Of a DNA stretch of 64,000 nt, positions 56,850-64,000 are shown one piece after another. A program made the position numbers and the translations under genes. Position 1 is the stretch's first letter. Each line of letters begins with the position of its first letter. The DNA lies in the NCBI GenBank assembly GCA_016217555.1, contig JACRHW010000016.1, positions 8,845 through 72,844 on the forward strand, given 5' to 3'. Below the pieces are notes generated by a model. It searched no databases, was not told the origin of the DNA, and was given only the letters and a program-made list of their open reading frames with translations. Source of the DNA: Parcubacteria group bacterium. Its GTDB lineage: Bacteria > Patescibacteriota > Minisyncoccia > UBA6257 > JACRHW01.

Positions 56850-58112
56850 TTACATATAATCGCGTGGGTTGACGGTTACCCCTATAGGAACCAGCCCCGC
56901 TGCTGGCGGAATGGATCGAAATTTAATACTGGGTGCCCAATACACCCCAAAATGAAGGTGTGGGCCTGTAGCATATCCCGTATTACCGGAATAGCCGATA
57001 AGATCACCACGCTTTACAGTTTGACCTATCGAGACAACATTGTTCTGTGATAAATGAGCATAAAGTGTCGCAAGATTATTATCATGCACCAACACTACAT
57101 GTTTCCCATACTGAAAACGGTCGAAACGAGAAGTTCCTCTGTCATTGTTACTAATCGCAAACACCTTGCCATCGGCGGCAGCATAGACGGGTGTCCCAAT
57201 ACTTACTCCATAGTCGATACCATTGTGAAATTGTGTACGATAGGCACGCCTTGCAAAATCAGTCTCTCCATACCTTTGCGTAATGGGTGCTCCCGGTATT
57301 GGATTTGCAAAAACACCATGTCTTGGAGAAAGCAGTGAATTATCGAACGAGGCACGCAGCTGACGCTCTAAATCGTCTATCTCTTTCCCAATCTTTTCTT
57401 GTTTCCGTTCAAGCTCTTTAAGTTGTTTTTGATAAATGGATTCCTTGCTTTTTGTTTGTTGTAAAAGACTATCTTTCACCTGTTTCTCCTCCGCCACAAT
57501 ATTTTTTTTTGATTGTAATCGTCCCTGCTCTGTCGTTTTTTCTTCCTTTTTTGTATGTGTCTCATCAAGGGAACCATTAAGCTGATCTTGTAACCGTTTC
57601 AAATCGTCTACTGCAACATAGAGCGAAGTATTAATACTTGAGAGACTTTCCATGTCCGCGAGGCTTTCTGAAAGACTTTTGGTACGTAAAAGCACAAAAA
57701 GAGGCGGCTCCCTATCACCTCCATGCACGTCTCTTAATATTGCTCCAAGGGCATCTTCCTTTTGAGCTATCTTATCCTTGAGATCACTAATTTCGTACTG
57801 CAGTGCGTTTGCCTCTACGCTTAATTTCTGTATCTGAATTTGACTTTCCTTTATACCAAGATTGAGTTTTTGAATTGAAGAAGTAATACTTCCCAATTCA
57901 GACTGAAGGGTTTTTTTTTCAGACTGCACCCCAGAAAGATTTTCGTGCACCTCTTTAATTTGCTGATGTACTACCTCTAATTCTTTTGATTTTTGTTGAA
58001 TAACATCTTTAAGTTCCGAAGGCACGGCAGCGTTGGTCTCAAAATTACGAAACAGAAACACCACACAAAAAACAATAAACATTACGCACCATCTAAAACT
58101 GTCGCTACGCAT
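56850..58112 (-). CDS. Coiled-coil M23 peptidase (EnvC/MepM-like)
   Basis: Signal peptide, long coiled coil, HNGID, TLYAHL, GPHLHF. Confidence 0.93.
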   Translation of the reverse strand: MRSDSFRWCVMFIVFCVVFLFRNFETNAAVPSELKDVIQQKSKELEVVHQQIKEVHENLSGVQSEKKTLQSELGSITSSIQKLNLGIKESQIQIQKLSVEANALQYEISDLKDKIAQKEDALGAILRDVHGGDREPPLFVLLRTKSLSESLADMESLSSINTSLYVAVDDLKRLQDQLNGSLDETHTKKEEKTTEQGRLQSKKNIVAEEKQVKDSLLQQTKSKESIYQKQLKELERKQEKIGKEIDDLERQLRASFDNSLLSPRHGVFANPIPGAPITQRYGETDFARRAYRTQFHNGIDYGVSIGTPVYAAADGKVFAISNNDRGTSRFDRFQYGKHVVLVHDNNLATLYAHLSQNNVVSIGQTVKRGDLIGYSGNTGYATGPHLHFGVYWAPSIKFRSIPPAAGLVPIGVTVNPRDYM

Positions 58113-58129
58113 AGATTATGTGGTTTGAA

Positions 58130-59560
58130 TTACATGAGAAGTGCTGCCAGCTTCTGAAGCGCAAGCTCTATGCGCCTTATGGAATCCTCCTTCCCCAAAA
58201 TTCCTGCTATTTCAAAAGGACCAGGAGAATGCGACTGTCCAGAAAGCGCAACGCGCAATGGCCACAGCATCTCCCCCCTTCCCCTTGATTCGGTAAGAGG
58301 CATTATAAGAGTCTCTACTGCGGAAGTATTCCAGATTTCATTGTACGCTCCTAGAACCCCTAAAACGATTTTGAGATTATCCTCAGCCATTTCTAAAGAC
58401 ATCGTTTTCCAAACAAGAAGTTGTGCCTCGTATTCGGGAAGATCAAAAAAGAAACGAGCAAGATCAGAAAATTCACTAAACCGTTTCATCCGTTCTTGTT
58501 CGAGGGAAATAATTGCAACAAGCTTTTCCTTATCACGTACCCACTCTTCTGGAAGAAACGGAGTTAGAAGAACAACAAGTTCTTCTGGTGTTTTTTCTTT
58601 GACATAGTGGGCATTCATCCAATTGAGTTTTTCGATGTCAAAAATGGCGCCAGCTTTTTGAACACGCGAGATATCAAATTGCTCTATCAACTCTTCTTGT
58701 GTTAAAAGTTCTGCGTCAGATATACTGGGGTGCCAACCTAATAATGCAATAAAATTAAACAACGCCTCCGGTAAATAACCAGAATTTTTGTATTCGAGAA
58801 TAGAAACCGCATTAAAACGCTTCGAGAGTTTTGCCCTATTTTTATCAAGAATAAGGGGGAGGTGGGCGTATTCTGGCGTGGTAAATCCAAGTGCTCTTTG
58901 TAATGCTATTTGTTTTGGGGTATTTGAAATATGATCTTCCCCACGAATAACATGGCTAATTTTCATTTCAAAATCATCCACTACTACTGCAAAATTATAG
59001 AGGGGGGTACGCACATTTTTAGCTATTACCACATCACCAAAAAGACTCGTATCAAACTCAACTTTCCCACGAATCATATCCTCAAACGCTATGCGCGTTT
59101 CTGGCATCCTAAACCTGATAACCGAAGATTCCCCCTGGACCGCCCTCTGTTCTGCCTGCTCTCGAGAAAGATGGGAACACCTCCCGGAATACTTGGGAGC
59201 AACTCCACGCGTCATCATCTCTTGTCGCTCTATTTCAAGCTCCTCCTCCCGACAGAAACAATAATAAACATCTCCCTTCTCAAAAAGCTGAATAAGATAT
59301 TTTTCATAGATATCTAACCGTTCTGACTGACGATAAGGCCCCTCATCCCATGATAGACCAAGCCATGTAAGATGTTCCAAAATATCTTTTTCGAAAGCGG
59401 GTTCTGACCGCTCGAGATCAGTATCCTCAATACGTAACACAAACGTACCACCAAGTTTTTTAGCAAAAAGATAGTTAAAAAGGCCTGTTCGCGCAGTACC
59501 TATATGAAGTGATCCTGTAGGAGATGGTGCCAAACGAACACGTATAGGATTCATAAACAA
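58130..59560 (-). CDS. gltX: Glutamate--tRNA ligase
   Basis: APSPTGSLHIG, RIEDTD, IRGEDH, KLSKR. Confidence 0.97.
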   Translation of the reverse strand: MFMNPIRVRLAPSPTGSLHIGTARTGLFNYLFAKKLGGTFVLRIEDTDLERSEPAFEKDILEHLTWLGLSWDEGPYRQSERLDIYEKYLIQLFEKGDVYYCFCREEELEIERQEMMTRGVAPKYSGRCSHLSREQAEQRAVQGESSVIRFRMPETRIAFEDMIRGKVEFDTSLFGDVVIAKNVRTPLYNFAVVVDDFEMKISHVIRGEDHISNTPKQIALQRALGFTTPEYAHLPLILDKNRAKLSKRFNAVSILEYKNSGYLPEALFNFIALLGWHPSISDAELLTQEELIEQFDISRVQKAGAIFDIEKLNWMNAHYVKEKTPEELVVLLTPFLPEEWVRDKEKLVAIISLEQERMKRFSEFSDLARFFFDLPEYEAQLLVWKTMSLEMAEDNLKIVLGVLGAYNEIWNTSAVETLIMPLTESRGRGEMLWPLRVALSGQSHSPGPFEIAGILGKEDSIRRIELALQKLAALLM

Positions 59561-59594
59561 AAATTAAACGAGATAATCTTAAATACCTTTACCA

Positions 59595-60719
59595 TCAATG
59601 GGCCGTACCGGTTAGTAGTATTTCACGTGCAATCTGCTCTGCCGCCTGTGGTGCCGCAAATTTTTTTGCACCTTCGATCATTTTCGTGCACACCTCCTCA
59701 GTATCAAGTATACGAAACAGTCTTTCGAGAAATAGATGTGGCAACAAATTCGCCTGTTCAAAAAGTTCTGCACCTCCATATTCTGCATATTCTTGAGCAT
59801 TAAAAAGCTGATGATCATTTGCAAGCCCTGCAAGAGGAATAAGGATGGCGGGTTTATTGAGTGCGGCAAGTTCAAAAACAACACCCGCCCCCGCCCTTGA
59901 AATTACAAGATCTGCGGCATAGAGGGCGTTGTGATACTCTTCTCCTTCGAGAAATCCAACTATTTTATAATCATTTTTATTTTGTACTCTCCCAAGATCT
60001 TCCATTGCCGCCACCTCCCCACGCATCGCTTCATAATTTGTACTTCCCACCTGATGTAGCACCTGAACTTTTTGGAGGAGCTGCGGAAGAAGATTTACAA
60101 TAAAATCATTAATCGCAATGGCACCCTGAGAACCTCCCAAAACGAGAATAAGTGGTTTTGTGGAATCAAATCCAAAATGTTTTTTCGCCTCCTCCTGTGC
60201 AATAGAGACATATAACCCTAAACGCAAGGGATTACCAGCCATAATAGGTGCCTTTGTTTTAAAGTATTGCTTTGCATGTTCAAAAGAAATCATCACTTTT
60301 TTTGCAAACCAAGCTCCTGTAAGATTAGCCTTTCCTGGAATACTATCCGATTCATGTACTACTACAGGAATACGATAAAGCCACGCAACAATGACAATAG
60401 GCAACGACCCATAAGAACCTTTGGAAAACACCACGTCAGGCATATAGGAGAGAAGAAGCCAGAGTGATTGCACAATACCTACAAGCGTTTTTCCTATACC
60501 CAAAATGCCACCATTTCCTGCAATGATTTTATAAATAGGTAATCCACTCTTGTCTAAAAACCGCAAGGAGTTATCGTTGGGGCCAAAATAACGTATTTCT
60601 ACATCAACATGTTCCTCGCCGGATACCTTTTGAATACCTTCAAAAACCGCAAGAAGAGGAAACACATGTCCTCCACTCCCTCCCGCAGTAAATGCCACGC
60701 GAATGATAGGATTTGCCAT
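59595..60719 (-). CDS. murG: Undecaprenyl-PP-MurNAc-pentapeptide N-acetylglucosamine transferase
   Basis: GGSGGHVFP, HESDSIPG.AN, GNPLR, GGSQGA, DHQ..NA. Confidence 0.95.
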   Translation of the reverse strand: MANPIIRVAFTAGGSGGHVFPLLAVFEGIQKVSGEEHVDVEIRYFGPNDNSLRFLDKSGLPIYKIIAGNGGILGIGKTLVGIVQSLWLLLSYMPDVVFSKGSYGSLPIVIVAWLYRIPVVVHESDSIPGKANLTGAWFAKKVMISFEHAKQYFKTKAPIMAGNPLRLGLYVSIAQEEAKKHFGFDSTKPLILVLGGSQGAIAINDFIVNLLPQLLQKVQVLHQVGSTNYEAMRGEVAAMEDLGRVQNKNDYKIVGFLEGEEYHNALYAADLVISRAGAGVVFELAALNKPAILIPLAGLANDHQLFNAQEYAEYGGAELFEQANLLPHLFLERLFRILDTEEVCTKMIEGAKKFAAPQAAEQIAREILLTGTAH

Positions 60720-60778
60720 AAGATAAGTTATTTCTTGTACTTACTATATCGCAAAAAAACCAACAAATCAAAGAAAAA

Positions 60779-60878
60779 GTATCTGGTATCTTGTAGCTAG
60801 TATTTTGTATACCCAATAACGCAATGTTCGCTGTAAGCGAACATATACTAGATACACGATACTAAATACAACATACTA
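60779..60878. repeat. GTATCTG/GATACTA heptamer-arm hairpin element
   Basis: gtatctggtatcttgtagctagtattttgtat...atactagatacacgatactaaatacaacatact between ftsW and murG. Confidence 0.7.
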
Positions 60879-60880
60879 TT

Positions 60881-61972
60881 TTACCGTACTGTGTACCTTG
60901 ATACATTAGCCACAAATCCTGTACACGCCAATACTACAATAAGCGAAGTTCCCCCATAACTAATAAATGGCAAAGGAAGCCCCGTAAGAGGAAGCAAGCC
61001 ACTTATCGCCCCAATGTTAATAAAACCTTGTAATACGATCGTTGAAATCATCCCCGTAGTGGCAAGTGCAGAAAATGAATCGGGTGCATCCCGTGCAATT
61101 TTGAATCCGCGCACCAAAAGTAAAAGGAAAAGCCCAATAAGAAGGGCGGCACCCACAAATCCAAGCTCTTCGGCAACAAGAGCAAAAATAGAATCCCCTA
61201 TTGGCTCTGGGAGATAAGATGTTTTTGCTCTACTATTTCCGAACCCTATTCCAAACATCCCACCAGAACCAAGTGCAATGAGAGCCTGGTTGATATGGTA
61301 TCCCTTTCCTTGAGGATCAGAATCGGGATTAAAATACGTAAGAAGTCTGTCTTTACGGTAGGGGGTAACCATAACAACAAGAGCAAGAATTAAACCAATA
61401 AGAAGCGCGGTAAAAAGAAGATGGTGCAAACGGGCACCGCCAACGAAATACATAAAAAGAGTTGCTATAACTATAAGCGCAAAAATTGCTGTAGCGGGTT
61501 GTTTGAGGAGGAGACCAGCAATGAGACCCATAACAATGAGGAAGGGAAGAAGCCCCTCCTTGATGCTTTGCGACTTCTTAGCTCGAGCTCCAAAAAATGC
61601 TGCAATGTAAATGATAAACGTAAATTTGAGAAGTTCCGCGGGTTGGAACATTAAAGGACCTAGTCGTAACCATCGTGTTGCCCCCCCTGCAGTAACCCCA
61701 AATGGCGTAAAAACAAGAATAAGCAAAATAATATTTGCAATCAAAAGGACAAGAGACATTTTTTGGAAAAAACGATAGTAACAATAATAAGCAACGAGGA
61801 AAAAGAATCCACCAAAGCCAAGCGAAACAAGCTGGTGCTTGAAATAATAATATATGTCATCAAATTTTTGTTTTCCAAGAACCGAAGAGGCACTAAGAAG
61901 CATAGCAAGCCCAAATACAAGAAGCGTGCCCACAATCACTAAGAAAACATAATCGGGTTGATGGCGTCGCAT
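60881..61972 (-). CDS. ftsW: SEDS peptidoglycan polymerase FtsW
   Basis: GATRW, FQPAELLK, GSGG.FGIG, YLPEP, LPFISYGGTS; adjacent to murG. Confidence 0.93.
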   Translation of the reverse strand: MRRHQPDYVFLVIVGTLLVFGLAMLLSASSVLGKQKFDDIYYYFKHQLVSLGFGGFFFLVAYYCYYRFFQKMSLVLLIANIILLILVFTPFGVTAGGATRWLRLGPLMFQPAELLKFTFIIYIAAFFGARAKKSQSIKEGLLPFLIVMGLIAGLLLKQPATAIFALIVIATLFMYFVGGARLHHLLFTALLIGLILALVVMVTPYRKDRLLTYFNPDSDPQGKGYHINQALIALGSGGMFGIGFGNSRAKTSYLPEPIGDSIFALVAEELGFVGAALLIGLFLLLLVRGFKIARDAPDSFSALATTGMISTIVLQGFINIGAISGLLPLTGLPLPFISYGGTSLIVVLACTGFVANVSRYTVR

Positions 61973-61976
61973 TTAT

Positions 61977-63533
61977 TTAATGTAACGAGGATTTGATAAT
62001 TTGACCTGATGTGGAATTGAGGAAATTTCCACGCTCATAGGACAATACTCCATTTACAAAAACCATAACGATACCTTCTGGGTAGAGCCCGGGATTTTCG
62101 AAGGTACCTTTTTCACCCACCTGTGATGGATCGAGGATAACGATATCGGCATTATTACCCACCTTAACAACACCACGCTTTGTAAAACCATATTTTAGAG
62201 CTACAGTACCTGTAATCTTTTGAATTGCCTCTTCAAAAGATATTTTCCTTTTTTCTCGCACCATACGGAGAAAACGCGGAAATGCTCCGAAAGAACGAGG
62301 ATGAATTTTAGGACGATTCAGGACACCTATTTTGTCATACCCCACCCCATGAGAACTGATACACGAAAGGGGGTGAAACAAAAGCTCCTCACGAAGAGTC
62401 TCGTCACTATCTACTATAAACCCGCCAACTTGATTTTCAGAAATTTGAAGTATCTTTAACAGCGCCTCCCCAATACTTATATTTTGATTTAAGGCGACCT
62501 CCTTGATACTTTTTCCGTGAATAATCCACTGATTTTTTGCATAAGAAATGATAATGTCGCCAATTTCTTTCTGTCGTGCATCGATATCATTTAAAATACG
62601 AGCTCGTGTATCACTTGTGGTAAGGTAGCGCGAAAGTTGGTCAAAACCCCGCTGAGTTGCCCATGTTGGCAATAAGGTAAACATGGGTCTCACACTTATA
62701 TGGTAAGGAGAAATATCGAAGTGAACAGAAATATTGTGAGACGCCTCTTCAATAGACTCCAAACCCCTTCTAAAATCATCGGATCGCGGGGTGGCAAGAT
62801 GAGTAATTTCTGTAATAAGATCATTTTCCTTCGCAAGAGAAAGTACCTCCCCCACCCCCCGTTCTATTCCCGACTCTTCCTTTGGATAACAACCGTACAC
62901 CCCTTTTCTATGGGCGATACTTTTTGTGAGTTCAAAAAGTTCTTCGGTACTTACATGAGATGCTCGACTATAAGCCAATCCAGTAGAAAATCCGAGCGCC
63001 CCCTCCTTAAGACCCTGCTCAATAAGATAAACAAATTTTTTATACTCATTCTTACCAAGTGGAATAAGTGAGTCCCCCATAAGCCCCCTGCGAATCGTTG
63101 AATGACCAACAAGGCTTCCAAAATTTACTCCAAATTTACGCGTATGGAGCCACGTCATAAATTCGCCGAAAGAACCCCAATTGATATTTATTTGGTTCGG
63201 ATCTGCCCACTTTCGAAGAGAAAGAATGCCATCTCCAAACAATGGTGCAAGAGAAGTTCCTGAATTTCCACCAACAATCGATGTTACTCCCTGCGCCAAG
63301 AGACTCCTTTGCCCCGGATCACTAAACAACGTAAAATAATGATCCGAGTCAACGTTTACATCAATAAAACCAGGGGTCACGGTAAGACCAGCAAGGTCAA
63401 TCACACGATCCGCCCTAACATTAGGGAACGAGCCAATATCCGAAACAACATTATCCTTAATTAAAATATCAGACTGCACCCCAGGCGTACCCGTACCATC
63501 AACGAGAAAACAATTTCTAAGTAATATAAGCAT
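61977..63533 (-). CDS. N-acyl-D-amino-acid deacylase-like amidohydrolase with altered metal ligands
   Basis: VDGTG, PGFID, QGVT..GN.G.S, HPRSFGAFPRFL; start at ATG 63533. Confidence 0.85.
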   Translation of the reverse strand: MLILLRNCFLVDGTGTPGVQSDILIKDNVVSDIGSFPNVRADRVIDLAGLTVTPGFIDVNVDSDHYFTLFSDPGQRSLLAQGVTSIVGGNSGTSLAPLFGDGILSLRKWADPNQININWGSFGEFMTWLHTRKFGVNFGSLVGHSTIRRGLMGDSLIPLGKNEYKKFVYLIEQGLKEGALGFSTGLAYSRASHVSTEELFELTKSIAHRKGVYGCYPKEESGIERGVGEVLSLAKENDLITEITHLATPRSDDFRRGLESIEEASHNISVHFDISPYHISVRPMFTLLPTWATQRGFDQLSRYLTTSDTRARILNDIDARQKEIGDIIISYAKNQWIIHGKSIKEVALNQNISIGEALLKILQISENQVGGFIVDSDETLREELLFHPLSCISSHGVGYDKIGVLNRPKIHPRSFGAFPRFLRMVREKRKISFEEAIQKITGTVALKYGFTKRGVVKVGNNADIVILDPSQVGEKGTFENPGLYPEGIVMVFVNGVLSYERGNFLNSTSGQIIKSSLH

Positions 63534-63642
63534 AATTAGTACTTTTATTATAACCCAATAACAGTCAAACCGTATCCACAGGGCATGCATCCAATTGCCA
63601 TACTCCCATACGATGCTGGCACTGTTTTGAAACACAATATTC

Positions 63643-63698
63643 CCTGAGCGAAGTCGAAGGGTTTCCTTAGAGAAAGGTAGGCCTTCGACAAGCTCAGG
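63643..63698. repeat. CCTGAGCGAAGTCGAAGG...CCTTCGACAAGCTCAGG palindrome
   Basis: Half copies at 43912-43928, 55747 and 56685. Confidence 0.7.
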
Positions 63699-63738
63699 CA
63701 CTAGTAATCATGAGGTTATCGAACGGCGCCTACGATTC

Positions 63739-63767
63739 TTGACACTCAATAGTAAAAGTGTTATATT
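63739..63767 (+). promoter_or_regulatory. Sigma70 promoter
   Basis: TTGACA-17 nt-TATATT. Confidence 0.6.
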
Positions 63768-63799
63768 ATCAGAAGCACATCGAAAGGAGAAATGTCTAA

Positions 63800-64000
63800 A
63801 TGGAAACGTTGGTACTCGTAGGAAAGGTTGTTTTCTGCTTTATTTTGGTTGTCGGAGTTCACGAAGTGGGACACGCCATTGTGGCGATCCTTTGTGGTAT
63901 CAAGGTTGAGGAGATCAGTATTGGGATTGGTCCTGGCATCAGAATCAAGAGCAAAACAAATTCATTCCCCACGCTTATTCTGAGCCCTATTGCCATTGGT
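63800..64000 (+). CDS. Site-2 protease (M50, RseP-like), N-terminal part
   Basis: VHEVGH, GIKVEEISIGIGP; SD GAAAGGAG; runs off the window. Confidence 0.85.
   Translation, partial: METLVLVGKVVFCFILVVGVHEVGHAIVAILCGIKVEEISIGIGPGIRIKSKTNSFPTLILSPIAIG

Overview
A 64-kb chromosomal segment, most likely from a Patescibacteria/CPR (Parcubacteria-like) bacterium using genetic code 11. The assignment rests on the missing rpmD/L30, a C-terminally short AlaRS, an RpoA without an alpha-CTD, and CPR-style pilin and baseplate-J-like proteins. The window carries the str, S10, spc and alpha ribosomal clusters, with a 2.8-kb island between fusA and tuf and about 18 kb between map and infA. It also has RNase P RNA, a glycosyltransferase/MurJ cluster, an FKBP-FecR-CHASE2 adenylate cyclase module, cell-wall and division genes (murA, murG, ftsW, M23 and S41 peptidases) and housekeeping genes. 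The most unusual signals are: (1) a cassette of three VirB2/TrbC-like pilin domains, each fused to a different peptidoglycan-hydrolase domain, next to a membrane-anchored beta-propeller; (2) several families of small, nested palindromic elements that sit exactly at stop/start codon boundaries, invert their internal segment, duplicate ATGAA at start codons, and have inserted into RNase P RNA and in frame into fmt; (3) an adenine-depleted C-terminal region resembling a remote DGR target. No transposase, CRISPR array, rRNA or tRNA was recognised. All family assignments come from motif recognition by eye, not database searches.
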